Shown: positions 1-13,026, counted from the whole stretch's first letter. The stretch: 63,952 bases of DNA, filler included, from Octopus bimaculoides (GCF_001194135.2; 7 parts of 6 records of this genome joined end to end with filler, not necessarily neighbours in it); one strand, 5' to 3'. The notes: generated by a model not told the origin, from the letters alone. Numbers and translations: made by a program.

Positions 1-2321
1 TATTTGGTTTTGTACATAGTGTTGTTCTAGAGATTGTTTAAGAAACCATAAGAAAATTATGAGTTTGTTTTAAAATTTGAGATTACATAGAAAGTATTTT
101 GCGTAGGATATGGGCAGCTACCATGAGCACTATCTTTTGAATTTCTGCCATTTTGGGGTTTCCTGGTATCTGAGCTAGGTAGCAATCAGCCCCTTTTGCT
201 ATCATTCCTAGGGTACCTATGACAACAGGTATTGTTTTAGTCTTCAGGTTCCACATTTTGCCAATTTCTATTACAAGATCTTTATAATTGCTCAGTTTTT
301 GGTAGGTCTTGACAGATACGTTTATATTGATTGAGACAGTCGTATCAATGATGATGAGTCATGATTTTCGTCTGAAGTCTTTCAGATGCCTATTTGCATC
401 TATCTTTCTGTCAGTTTGAATGGTGAAGTTCCAGAGGAGTGAGATGTGATCCTTTTCAAGCACTGAAGGTGGTTTGTGTTCCCACCAGTTTTATCATGGA
501 GCAAGTCCAGGTTTTATCAAATTACCCAGTGAATATATTGTGCAGCTCTATCATGCCTGTTGAGATACTCTGTAGGCGCAAGAAAACTGCACTTGGAGAC
601 AACATGATCAATGGTTTCATTTTGTTGTTGACATATACGACATAATGGGAAGCTACCGTTCTTTAATATGTTGGCCTGGTAGTTCCTTGTAGGCAGGCAT
701 TGATCTTGGGTTGCTATTGTAAACCCTTCTGTTTCAGATTTTAAGCCAGAAACCATTAGCCATTGATGGGTAAGGGCTTTGTCAACATCGGCATTATTCG
801 TTCTCTTTGGGTATTTGCCATTGAGAGGTTTTTCTTGCCATTTCTCAGTCAGAATATCTAAAGCAGCAGTTTTAGCACGGGTTTTCATGCGCTTAACTTT
901 TTCTGCAGATATTTCTAGTTCGTCTAATTCTTGAATTTGTTGCAATTGGAATTCACTTAGATATTCCTTTGCCTGTTTTGTTACTGAGTAAGATGCTTTC
1001 TTGCTTTCATGTTTTGAGACAAGTTTTAGCATCCAGTCCTCAGAGTTTTTCAGATAGGTGTCTAGGCCAATTGTGGCTACCTTCGTTGTTAATGCCAGTT
1101 GTAAAAGTCCACGGCGTCCCTCTTTTCTTGGCAGATAAAATCGTTCCATATCTGCCTTATGGTGGTGCATTCTATGCATTGTCAACAGTTTTCGTATTTT
1201 TCTGTCAAGATTAATGATATTGAAACTGTAAGTCACGACTGGTATGGCTAGAGCATTGATCGCTTCGATCCTGTTTCTTGCATTCAGCTCTGTCTTAAGT
1301 ATTGCTCTCACCCTGCGAGAGCAATACTTAAGACAGATCCTTCCCCTCATCATTGAAGGCTTGATTCCGTCCCCTTCAAGCACCCCTAGGTATTTGTAGC
1401 TCTCTACTGGTTCTAACTCTTTTATGACATTCTGCTGGTCAATGTTAACGTTAGATGTTTCTGTCATTTTTCCTTTGATAAAGGTAGCTTTTGCACATTT
1501 ATCGAGGCCAAATTGCATTCTGATGTCATCACTAAATTGTTTAACAACCGCTAGTAAGCACTTGAGTTGTTGGTCATTTTTTGCAAAGAGCTTTAATTCA
1601 TCCATGTAAATGAGATGATTTATATTTTTATTAAACATTTTATAACCGTACTTTGCATCTTTGAGCAATTTTGAGAGAGGTATTAAGGCTAAACAAAAGA
1701 CGAGTGGTGACAGTGAGTCACCCTGGAAAATGCCACATGAAATTTTTACATCTCCAGCATTTAGAGATTCATTGTCGTTGTTCAACGTCAATGTGGTTCT
1801 CCATGATATCATACTTACAGACAAGACATTTCGCAGAGTAGGCGCTATTTTATACATTTCCAGACATTTCTTAATCCACCTATGTGTTAGACTATCAAAA
1901 GCTTTTTTATAGTCTATCCAGTCTATCGACAAGTTTTTGTGTCATTTGTGACAACCTTCCAAGATCATCTTATTGATGAGTAGCTGATCTTTACAACCAT
2001 AGGATCCACGTTTACATCCCTTTTGCTCATTAGGGAATATGCTGCTTTCTATTAAAAAACTATAGGTGTACTCGGTTAGGACAGATGTTAGCGTCTTATA
2101 CATTGTTGTTAAGCAGGTGATGGGTCTATAATTTTTTGGTTCATTCATTTCTTCATTTTTTGGAAGCAGGAATGTCAAACCATGAACTAGCCAAGAGGGA
2201 ACCGCACTGGGTTATTTCAAGACATCGTTGCAAAGTTTTGTTAGCGTTTCATGACTCTCTGGGAAGGCATTCAACCAGAAGTTAGGAATTTCATCCTTTC
2301 CTCGAGACTTCCATTTGCTTG
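1..2321 (-). mobile_element. R4/Dong-clade RLE non-LTR retrotransposon, subfamily A, degenerate, truncated by gap and window edge
   Basis: ORFs 1942-2178 and 517-1932 give RT motifs (KNYRPITCL, GCKDQL, IDYKKAFDSL, GIFQGDSLSPL, YMDELKLF, YKYLG), then LKSETEGF and a CCHC knuckle (CRICQQQNETIDHVVSKC). 83-500 matches the RLE C-terminus at 62999-63385 but lacks the RPDII codons. Frameshifts and YMDE instead of YMDD indicate decay. Confidence 0.93.
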
Positions 2322-3117
2322 NNNNNNNNNNNNNNNNNNNNNNNNNNNNNNNNNNNNNNNNNNNNNNNNNNNNNNNNNNNNNNNNNNNNNNNNNNNNNNN
2401 NNNNNNNNNNNNNNNNNNNNNNNNNNNNNNNNNNNNNNNNNNNNNNNNNNNNNNNNNNNNNNNNNNNNNNNNNNNNNNNNNNNNNNNNNNNNNNNNNNNN
2501 NNNNNNNNNNNNNNNNNNNNNNNNNNNNNNNNNNNNNNNNNNNNNNNNNNNNNNNNNNNNNNNNNNNNNNNNNNNNNNNNNNNNNNNNNNNNNNNNNNNN
2601 NNNNNNNNNNNNNNNNNNNNNNNNNNNNNNNNNNNNNNNNNNNNNNNNNNNNNNNNNNNNNNNNNNNNNNNNNNNNNNNNNNNNNNNNNNNNNNNNNNNN
2701 NNNNNNNNNNNNNNNNNNNNNNNNNNNNNNNNNNNNNNNNNNNNNNNNNNNNNNNNNNNNNNNNNNNNNNNNNNNNNNNNNNNNNNNNNNNNNNNNNNNN
2801 NNNNNNNNNNNNNNNNNNNNNNNNNNNNNNNNNNNNNNNNNNNNNNNNNNNNNNNNNNNNNNNNNNNNNNNNNNNNNNNNNNNNNNNNNNNNNNNNNNNN
2901 NNNNNNNNNNNNNNNNNNNNNNNNNNNNNNNNNNNNNNNNNNNNNNNNNNNNNNNNNNNNNNNNNNNNNNNNNNNNNNNNNNNNNNNNNNNNNNNNNNNN
3001 NNNNNNNNNNNNNNNNNNNNNNNNNNNNNNNNNNNNNNNNNNNNNNNNNNNNNNNNNNNNNNNNNNNNNNNNNNNNNNNNNNNNNNNNNNNNNNNNNNNN
3101 NNNNNNNNNNNNNNNNN

Positions 3118-3867
3118 AGATAAGACAGACAGAGAAAAAAGATGGCGATGGATGACTAAAAGTGATTTAAAACCGGAAACGGGGGCTCTAATCTGTGTTG
3201 GACAAGAGTAAGCACTAAAAACAAACTACATAAAATACAGAATAGACAACACAGCAGAAAGTGATAAGTGCAGAATTTGTGGACAAAACGGTGAAACCGT
3301 ATGGTGTATTACCGGCCAATGTACGCCACTAGCCCAGAAAGAATATAAGAGACGTCATGACAATATAATAATGATTGTCCATTGGAGACTTTGCAACAAG
3401 TATGGACTTGACAGAGCAAAAAAGTGGTATGAGCATAAACCCGAAGACATCATTGAAAATGATAATGCAAAGATCCTATGGGATTTTATGATTCAGTGAG
3501 CCCATGAGATAGAGAATAGGAAGCTAGATATAGTCTTAATTGAAAAAGAAAGCAAACGATGCTGGATCATAGATGTAGCATGCCCAGCTGACAGCAAGGT
3601 ATGCGATAAGGAAGTAAGAAAAGTCGATAGATATGACAGGTTAGCTTGGGAGGTTAAGCAGTTGTGGTCGATGAAAAAGGTAGCAGTTGTAGCAAAAATT
3701 ATCGGAGCCATGGAAACAGTGAGGAAAAATCTTGAGTACATGGAACAAATAGGGGCTGCAATAAGGGTGAAGCACTCCGGATGTTGCTCGAAAAATAAGG
3801 GTTGTTACCTTAGTGAACAGCCGACACCGTAGTATATCTCCAGCGTTAGAAGCTGTGCAAAGACAAT
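3118..3867 (+). mobile_element. R4/Dong-clade retrotransposon 3' portion, subfamily C
   Basis: Translation KRWRWMTKSDLKPETGALI, CRICGQNGETV..ITGQC, YKRRHD..VHWRLC, ILWDF, NRKLDIV, IIDVACPAD; internal stops; ends directly in (AAT)n. Confidence 0.9.
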
Positions 3868-3869
3868 AG

Positions 3870-3965
<96 letters not shown>

Positions 3966-3976
3966 GTGATGATGAT
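3868..3976 (+). repeat. Compound (AAT)n(GAT)n microsatellite
   Basis: Directly visible. Confidence 0.98.
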
Positions 3977-4065
3977 GGTTTCAAATTTTGGCATTAAGGC
4001 TTAGCAGTATTTTATCCATCTTTACGTTCTGAGTTCAAATTCCGCTGAGGTTAAGTTTGCTTCTA
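3975..4065. mobile_element. Fragments of SINE family S1 (tail on minus, B-box region on plus)
   Basis: GGTTTCAAATTTTGGC resembles a reversed S1-variant tail; TTTACGTTCTGAGTTCAAATTCCGCTGAGG matches the S1 head at 38228 and 46341. Confidence 0.6.
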
Positions 4066-5888
4066 TTGCATAATAGAATATTCAAGCCAAATACGGACGG
4101 TTACTTTCATGGATTATTCTCTAGTTTAGTTTATAATAGATTGTATAAGAAGATTAAAGTCATTCATGGCAAAACACAATAGGATCAGGTGTAGAGTCAC
4201 ATGAAATTCATAACAAATAGAATACCGCTGCATTAGGAAATTCTCAACGACAAGAATATTGTGGCTTATTCTAAGCTACTACTGCACTTTGGTCTCAGCC
4301 TCCTACGTCAATAAGACACATGATTTAACTGCTGAATTAGACAGAAAATTAAAATTCCTGATACATCTTGAGGTCTTCCTTTCATCCTACATTACAAGGC
4401 TTGATATAAGGTGGGGCGCCTATCTCGGTTTTCATTTCCAGCGGATACTCATGAACGACAAAGAAGTCTTAACGGAAAGCAAGGCTGGTTCATAGAGTAT
4501 AAAGTAAAGTCTGATATTTAATATGAATAAAACCATAAACAATCTAATATCTATTCTTACAAAACCAATGCAGAACAGATACTAAACGACATCAGTTTGT
4601 CGTATCCCGAATGCGACATCAACTGAAAATATGTACCCATAAAATGATAGAGGGTGACATGCAAACTGATTAATTCTTTTATAGAAAACCACCACGATTT
4701 GATGAAATAATTTATGAGTAACAGAATAAACTAGAAGAGGTTTTATTTTATAAAGTGGAGAGGATAAGTTGACCGAATATGATAGGAAATTGGTAGATGG
4801 AGTGTGACTGGAAATAACTGCAAATAGAATGAAACGAAACAAATACGAAGGACTGTGTGAAATAGTTCCAGAAGAAGCACGACTATCTCGAGTGGTTCAA
4901 GGAATACAAAGATTCCGGATTATCTAATGATCAAGCATAAATGCCCTCTCACAGTTGTGGTCTCCGGCCTACACTCGTATTTTCGAAGTATCACACATCA
5001 TAAGGAATAATGATGACAACGGGGCTTTGTTTGATTAAAATTAAAATTCAAATGTAGAAATCAATCGTAAAATGCTATCAGTCAACCGGATTTTAGGCTT
5101 GCGACGTCATAGCAGACGACTTTAACTGTAAGCAATAAACAAGTAGGGGGTTGTGAGTCAGTAGGTCCCCCTTTCTGAACGAGAAGGAGATCGGCATGGC
5201 TGCTGGAATCAGCTGTTGTTGGCAAGAATCCGCATGTGGGACCCTTCCAAAGAACAAGAGTAATTTAGTTCTTGCTACCCAACTCAGGTGATGAAGTGAA
5301 CAGGCTAAGGGGCGAAATGCTTGTGAGCCTGAGATACTTGTTGATGAAATGCAAGGATTTCCGATATTGCGATGAATCCAAAAGGAGAATGTGTCTGGGT
5401 AGATCCTGAAGTTTCTGTTTGGGACGAAGCATCCCGATGCGTATCCCACCCGACAATGAGAATAGAGTCTGGTAGTGAGTAGTAAAGGCAGTGGAAGACG
5501 TAAGGCGGAGACAACGGCAGGACATTTAAAGCAGAGGGAATCTTAAGGCAGCGACGTTCGGCGAGGAGCGAAGACAGTGGAAAGTAAAGGCATCGGCAGT
5601 GTTTTCACGCCGGAAATTTAGCGGCTGTTAAACGTCTAAAAAGATAAGGATTTGCGTAAATACGCGGTATTTGTGTGGGAAGGAAGGAAGGAAGGAAGGA
5701 AGAGACGAATGATGTTTATGGCTGACAATTAATTAAAGCTGAAGCCATTGTAGTGGTGGTGGTGGTGGCGAAAGTTGGCCGGTGAACACACCACAAAACA
5801 GCGTTCTTACGACAGTGATTCACTTGTGTCACCTCTCCCAGCGCCTCTTTCGCTTTCTCTCACTTCCACCACTGTCTCTCTCTATATA

Positions 5889-5934
<46 letters not shown>

Positions 5935-6651
5935 CGCGCGTATATATGTGTGTGCGATTGTGTATGTATAGATATTTACATTTATGTGTATGTATATGGG
6001 TGCGCGTGTGTGTATGTATGTATAAGCATCTTCAGGCATTATATATATATAAACATACATGTTGAGATATGTGCATGCACGCACACTCACACACCCACAC
6101 ACACTTATTCAATGACACATACACATACACATGCAATCCAAAATTTCAGTAACGCTATAACCTTCCCCTCCCTCTTTCTCTAGTCTTCTCTTACTCATCA
6201 TTCTCTTCCCCTCTCTCTCAATCCATCTCAGTCTCTCTCTCTCTCTCTCTGTGCCTGTCTGCCTGTCTGTCTGTCTCTCTCCCTCTCACTATATATNNNN
6301 NNNNNNCATATGTGTGTGTATGTTTAAGTATACATGTATGTATGTATCCGTGTATACATATATATACACACACATAAATGCGTGTGAGTATGTGTGTGTA
6401 TATATAAACATATACGTATATACAGATATAAGTATATAGATATATGTATATATAATGGGTGTGTTTATGTGTAGAATATTGAATCACAATCTTTCACTTA
6501 TTCACTTATCTCTTTTCTTCTTCTTCTTCTCCTCCTCCTCCTCCTCCTCCTTCTCCTCCTCCCCCACCCCGTCATATTAATCCTCCCACTGCTCAGTCTC
6601 ATTTCTCTTTCCTTCCCAATCCCTTCCCCACTCACTCACTCACTCACTCAC

Positions 6652-6691
<40 letters not shown>

Positions 6692-9299
6692 ACTCACTCT
6701 TACACTCACTTACACCACCCCCGTTCTATGCACGCACCCGAAATATCTTTCCCCTCAATCTCCCACCTCCACNNNNNNNNNNNNNNNNNNNNNNNNNNNN
6801 NNNNNNNNNNNNNNNNNNNNNNNNNNNNNNNNNNNNNNNNNNNNNNNNNNNNNNNNNNNNNNNNNNNNNNNNNNNNNNNNNNNNNNNNNNNNNNNNNNNN
6901 NNNNNNNNNNNNNNNNNNNNNNNNNNNNNNNNNNNNNNNNNNNNNNNNNNNNNNNNNNNNNNNNNNNNNNNNNNNNNNNNNNNNNNNNNNNNNNNNNNNN
7001 NNNNNNNNNNNNNNNNNNNNNNNNNNNNNNNNNNNNNNNNNNNNNNNNNNNNNNNNNNNNNNNNNNNNNNNNNNNNNNNNNNNNNNNNNNNNNNNNNNNN
7101 NNNNNNNNNNNNNNNNNNNNNNNNNNNNNNNNNNNNNNNNNNNNNNNNNNNNNNNNNNNNNNNNNNNNNNNNNNNNNNNNNNNNNNNNNNNNNNNNNNNN
7201 NNNNNNNNNNNNNNNNNNNNNNNNNNNNNNNNNNNNNNNNNNNNNNNNNNNNNNNNNNNNNNNNNNNNNNNNNNNNNNNNNNNNNNNNNNNNNNNNNNNN
7301 NNNNNNNNNNNNNNNNNNNNNNNNNNNNNNNNNNNNNNNNNNNNNNNNNNNNNNNNNNNNNNNNNNNNNNNNNNNNNNNNNNNNNNNNNNNNNNNNNNNN
7401 NNNNNNNNNNNNNNNNNNNNNNNNNNNNNNNNNNNNNNNNNNNNNNNNNNNNNNNNNNNNNNNNNNNNNNNNNNNNNNNNNNNNNNNNNNNNNNNNNNNN
7501 NNNNNNNNNNNNNNNNNNNNNNNNNNNNNNNNNNNNNNNNNNNNNNNNNNNNNNNNNNNNNNNNNNNNNNNNNNNNNNNNNNNNNNNNNNNNNNNNNNNN
7601 NNNNNNNNNNNNNNNNNNNNNNNNNNNNNNNNNNNNNNNNNNNNNNNNNNNNNNNNNNNNNNNNNNNNNNNNNNNNNNNNNNNNNNNNNNNNNNNNNNNN
7701 NNNNNNNNNNNNNNNNNNNNNNNNNNNNNNNNNNNNNNNNNNNNNNNNNNNNNNNNNTATATATATATATATATATATATTATACTCGCGCACACACACA
7801 CGACGCACAATGTTTGTATGTAAGCGTGAGCTCTGAGGCACTTGCCAGTAGAATGGATTTCCGGTGGCCTCCTCCGATGGAGAGAAGCTTCCAGTTATTC
7901 TGCGTCTCTTTTACTGCTGGATCTCTCTTCTCCAATATCGTGATGATTGAACATGCATTCCGCAACGCCACTACAAAAGCTCCACACTGAAGGAATTTAA
8001 TCCTGGAATACGAATCCTGGATCTTTGAAGTTCGGTGGTGATAAGAGAAGGTCTGGAGGGTCAGTAGTCTTCTGGTCAGAGTTCAGAAGTCATCGTGAGG
8101 GGGCAACGGTTGTTGATGTTTGTGATTGTTTTAAGACCCTGAGCGAGTAAACGTCTTAGTCTCATCTCGTTTGGTGAGAACAATAAGCCGGTTCCTGGAG
8201 TGTAGTGAACATTTGTGTGGTTCTGTTTTTCTTTCGAACCCAGAAAAATGAACCAATGGGTTGCAAAAGCTGGAAAAATCCAGATGTTAGAACGATTTTT
8301 ATGATGCTTTAAAGACTCTTGGCCATAGGAATTGCTCTCTAAGTATCAATAGATGCATTTCTAGTGAAAGACTAGTTAGTAATAGATAGTGTAGAGTTCG
8401 AGTTAACTCTTCAACCTGTTCCAAAACCAAATTAGTGAACCCAGGATTGTTGGAGAAATTTTGTGTAATTCGTCAACCGTGAAAAGTCGTCGACTTCGCA
8501 GAAGTTAGTGCTGCCATTTGAACATCGTAAAACACGAAATCTGGGCAAAGATCTTATATGATCTTCATCACCTCATCGCAGAGGCATAGTACCATGGGTC
8601 AACATCGCAACACTGGAAAGAGACACGCATCAATACCATATAAAATAGTGGTTGTCAGCTTTTTGTGGCTCAGTGCCGTCTCTTTTATCGAATGGTTTTA
8701 CAGATGCCTCTTCTCATGTTTTGCAAAAAAAGAAAATGGCGTACAGTAGATTATTTTAGTTAATAACCAGAAGCTAATGTAGCAGAACTGTGTAATGTTT
8801 TTATTACGTTTGGTTGTTTAAGCTTAAATACTGCAAAATAATCTCAACAGGCCTTTTCTTTCCATTAAGTCACATGATCCAGTGGTTTGTCAAACTAGTT
8901 GCATGTATCGGTCGGTCCTAACTGTCCAACCGCATCTTTGCAATAGTTTATTTTCAACGCAGAAAAAAGCCACTTCGTCTCTGAAGCCTACCCAAGGTTA
9001 TAAAAACTCTTGTATTCTGCCTCTCTTGGTCTTTGGCTGCAGCCATTGACCACGCACACCACGTCTCTTTGGACAAGCGTCGATGAACCAGAAATCCATC
9101 TCGCCTCACAGTTTTCTTCAACAAGCTTTATCCTGTCTTCATCGTTACTGCAATTGATGAAGAACAGTTTCTTACACTCAATCCAATATGTAATTCAGCT
9201 GATTCCGTCGATGATTTGATGAAATCCTTCCGAATCTTCTTCATAATTACAATAATACAGATCGGATCTGTGAGCGAGCTATCCTGGATTCAAAACATG

Positions 9300-9870
9300 T
9301 TGCTGAAAATAGCATTAATAATATATTATTGAAGTATTCAGGAGAAGTATTCAATTATAACTCAATTGACAGTGTTGTTGATGATCAGGATATTGTTAAT
9401 TACCCCCCCCATCGAATTTTTGAACTCACAAGAACCACCAGGTACAGCCCCTCGTTGTCTTCAGCTGAAAAATGAGACTCCTATTATGCTATTGCGTAAT
9501 TTATCTTAACCAAAATTACGCAATCGTACAAGACTAATTGTGCACAAACTTATGAGGAACTGCATTGAGGCAAATATTCTCATTGGTTGTGGTAAAGGTG
9601 AGAACGTCTTCATTCCTTGCATATCATTTATACCATCTAATGTTCTATTCTAATTTAAGTGGTTACAGTTTCCTACCCGAGTTTCTTTTGCCATGAGCAT
9701 TAATAAAAGTCAGGGCCAAACACTAAAAATTGCTGGACTGCAACTTGAAGAACCATGCTTTTCAAATGGTCAACTTTATTTAGAGCCATTACGTGTGGGA
9801 GAAAAAAGCGAATCTTTTTGCTTATGTACCCCGAAATAAAACGAAAAAACATTGCATATTATAAGATACA
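9300..9870 (+). mobile_element. Helitron Rep/Hel PIF1-like helicase C-terminal fragment (pseudogenised)
   Basis: By-eye translation across frameshifts: EFLNSQEPPG, PIMLLRNL, RTRLIV, GENVFIP, QFPTRVSFAMSINKSQGQTL, PCFSNGQLY (SF1B helicase motifs V and VI in Helitron-type context). Confidence 0.9.
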
Positions 9871-9959
9871 GAAATAATTTATTCTCAAACGCATGATAAT
9901 GCTAATACAATAGCATGAACAGGATAAATTATCCATATATTGCAGAAAAATTCGTTACC

Positions 9960-10032
9960 GGCCAACCATGAGACTCGAACTCACATCCCTGTGATTACGC
10001 GTCAAGTGCTTTACTTTTAAGCTAAACTTCCC
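9960..10032 (-). pseudogene. tRNA-Thr(CGT)-like pseudogene or tRNA-derived SINE head
   Basis: 73 nt; A-box-like TAGCTTAAAAGTAAAGC, anticodon loop CG-CGT-AA, paired T arm GTGAG-TTCGAGT-CTCAT, T5 run about 10 nt downstream; acceptor and anticodon stems pair poorly. Confidence 0.6.
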
Positions 10033-10520
10033 AGTAACAAATCGTCCTGCAATTCTTCCCCTGATTTCTATTGTCCCTAATTTTTTCCATATGCTGTCAG
10101 TTCCGTCCTCCACATCGCCATAAATTTAGCTTTATAAGACGCTAACGATAAATTGTATATTATATCTGTAAAGAAATATTCACTTTTAAAGCAACATGAA
10201 TATGTCAATAACTTAATTTGCCATTACTATCATTACATTCAAGAATGAGTAAATTACCTTTTTAAATGAAGTGTATTATATAATTGCCTTTAGTGTATTG
10301 ATTAATAAAATAACACTTAGAACCCACTTATTATCGTCATATAATAAACAAACAGAAGTTCGTGTATGAAATCGATCTTTTTTCTACTTCAATTATTACA
10401 TGTCTTTCTCCTATAAAATACACACATACAGGAGGAGTAAATTACATATAAAATAATACTTTGACTGCGGCTCCTGCGAAAGAGTAAAAGTAATTACCCG
10501 ATCAACGACGGGTATTACTG

Positions 10521-10523
<3 letters not shown>

Positions 10524-10604
<81 letters not shown>
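10524..10604 (+). repeat. (TG)n microsatellite, representative of dozens of (CA/TG)n, (TA)n, (GATA)n, (TACA)n and (CT)n tracts
   Basis: Directly visible; most N gaps begin or end in such tracts. Confidence 0.98.
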
Positions 10605-10608
<4 letters not shown>

Positions 10609-11106
10609 CGGGCGTGCGTGTGTGTGTGTGTATAAGAAAGAAAAGAAATGTAAAAGTCACAGAAAGTTTGTATAATAAACTTTCTGGTGATATTAGGATC
10701 ATATTACATCATTACATCATTACAGATTAAATAAGTACCGGTTTCACGATCAAACGATTATCAACTTATATAGAGAAAACTTTTTTGCTATCAATAGGAC
10801 GCCGTCTTTGAAAAAAAAGTGAACAGAGATGAAGCAATATGTCAAGGGGAGCAACTCCTATTTTTTCATGAAGCTCTTCAGTGTTTTTGGCAAGCATACA
10901 ATTACAGGAGTCATTTCATTTTATACACAGTTAATTATATTACCATACTAGGTTTTGTAGATTAAGCAGTAATGTGTGAATGAGAGTATATACATGTATT
11001 TTATGCTCTAATATATCATTTTCTCTCTTGTAATATATGATGATGATGATGATGATCTTTCTCCCGCCATGTCTCTGTCTACCCCTCCATCCCTCTCTAA
11101 ATCAGC

Positions 11107-11139
<33 letters not shown>

Positions 11140-12017
11140 GTAGTTTTTTTCCTTAAGGTTTTCAGATTCTGGGTATATATAAATGAGAAATCCATTCTCA
11201 ATTATCTCAATCTCTTCTCCGCTGACATACTACGACGAAGTCTCCAAGATGCAGAGAAGATAGAGATTTTTATTTATTTACGGCCTCAACATCTCATACC
11301 TTTCGCGCTTTAGTCTGCCCTCTATTATTTATCTTGTTTCTCTCCGTGAAATTCAATTGAATTCAGTTTTTGTCTTAAATTCATACTTATTCATTTTCTA
11401 AGCTTCCTAAATTCATGCTACTTATATATTCTATTCACCTAGGTTTNNNNNNNNNNNNNNNNNNNNNNNNNNNNNNNNNNNNNNNNNNNNNNNNNNNNNN
11501 NNNNNNNNNNNNNNNNNNNNNNNNNNNNNNNNNNNNNNNNNNNNNNNNNNNNNNNNNNNNNNNNNNNNNNNNNNNNNNNNNNNNNNNNNNNNNNNNNNNN
11601 NNNNNNNNNNNNNNNNNNNNNNNNNNNNNNNNNNNNNNNNNNNNNNNNNNNNNNNNNNNNNNNNNNNNNNNNNNNNNNNNNNNNNNNNNNNNNNNNNNNN
11701 NNNNNNNNNNNNNNNNNNNNNNNNNNNNNNNNNNNNNNNNNNNNNNNNNNNNNNNNNNNNNNNNNNNNNNNNNNNNNNNNNNNNNNNNNNNNNNNNNNNN
11801 NNNNNNNNNNNNNNNNNNNNNNNNNNNNNNNNNNNNNNNNNNNNNNNNNNNNNNNNNNNNNNNNNNNNNNNNNNNNNNNNNNNNNNNNNNNNNNNNNNNN
11901 NNNNNNNNNNNNNNNNNNNNNNNNNNNNNNNNNNNNNNNNNNNNNNNNNNNNNNNNNNNNNNNNNNNNNNNNNNNNNNNNNNNNNNNNNNNNNNNNNNNN
12001 NNNNNNNNNNNNNNNNG

Positions 12018-12685
12018 GTACAAGATTTTCTGGGCAGGGAACACTGACGGGGTCGGGGGCGTAGGAATACTTCTAGCGGAGAAATGGGTGGATAAGGTAA
12101 TCGAGGTCGTTAGAGTAAGTGACAGAGTACTTAAGATTAGACTAGTGCTTCATCATAGATTAGCTACTGTCATCTCAGCCTATGCACCTCAACCGGGGCT
12201 ACCAGATGGTCTGAAAGACCAATTCTATGACACCCTCTTGCAAACTACCTCGTCGACGAGTGACAGGGGCCTTCTCTTTGTGGCTGGAGACTTCAATGGT
12301 CATGTCGGACGTCGTGCTGGAGGCAACCAGACTGCTGGAGGCAACCAGACTGCTGGAGGCAACGAGGAGGGAACCAGACTGCTGGAGTTCTGCGATGCAA
12401 CCGATCTTATGGTCTGCAATACCAACTTCAGGAAACCTGCCAGTCACCTAGTCACCTACCGCTCCGGCAGACACTCTAGCCAAATCGACTACATCCTCGC
12501 CAGAAATAGGGAAAGAGGGCGGCTTATAAATGCCAGAACCTACCCTGGCGAAGAATGTACCCCACAACATAGATTAGTAGTTAGCGACTTTGGGATCGAG
12601 GCAAAATGGGTGCCCAGAATTAGACCGGCTTGGAGGAGAAGGGTGTGGAAGCTTAAAGACCTTGCAAATGGACAGAGACTTAGAG
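12018..12685 (+). mobile_element. RTE-clade LINE, AP-endonuclease region
   Basis: GVGILLAEKW, SDRVLKIRL, ISAYAPQ, VAGDFNGHVG, NEEGTRLLEFC, NTNFRK, SQIDYIL, QHRLVVSD; frame open between two gaps. Confidence 0.92.
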
Positions 12686-12785
12686 NNNNNNNNNNNNNNN
12701 NNNNNNNNNNNNNNNNNNNNNNNNNNNNNTTAATTAATTAANNNNNNNNNNNNNNNNNNNNNNNNNNNNNNNNNNNNNNNNNNNN
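12686..12785. other. Artificial 100-nt scaffold spacer (44 N + TTAATTAATTAA + 44 N)
   Basis: The same 12-mer sits inside N runs at 12730, 39983, 52429, 57183, 59148 and 61338; it places stop codons in all six frames. Confidence 0.95.
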
Positions 12786-12906
12786 CTGTATATATATATA
12801 TATATATATATATATCAAGGGTAATTAGAAATATTAGAAATGTTCTACCACCAGTGGCCTAGCGTGTAATAATTTAGTCCATAGACTATTTTTCTTCATA
12901 TAAATA

Positions 12907-13005
12907 CAGTGTACATTTAAACACATAAGAGTTATCCATCATTGGAGTCCCTCACTCTAGAAAGAACGGCTAAGTTCCAAACTGACTTGTGTTTAAATGT
13001 ACACT
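12907..13005. mobile_element. 99-bp Tc1/mariner-type MITE
   Basis: TIR CAGTGTACATTTAAACAC ... GTGTTTAAATGTACACTG with TA on both sides. Confidence 0.85.
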
Positions 13006-13026
13006 GTATATAATAGGTTTTTACAG

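Noticed and set aside
517-1932. Active retrotransposon or domesticated RT gene
   Set aside because: YMDE in the catalytic motif, frameshifts at both ends and deletion of the RLE PD residues.
2251-3211. Long ORFs containing X runs
   Set aside because: They are open only because N gaps contain no stop codons.
9960-10032. Functional tRNA-Thr gene
   Set aside because: Acceptor and anticodon stems are largely unpaired.
12730-12741. Recurrent palindromic TTAATTAATTAA (six copies) as a biological motif
   Set aside because: Always centred in an exact 44 N + 12 + 44 N block; it is a six-frame stop linker from the assembly pipeline.
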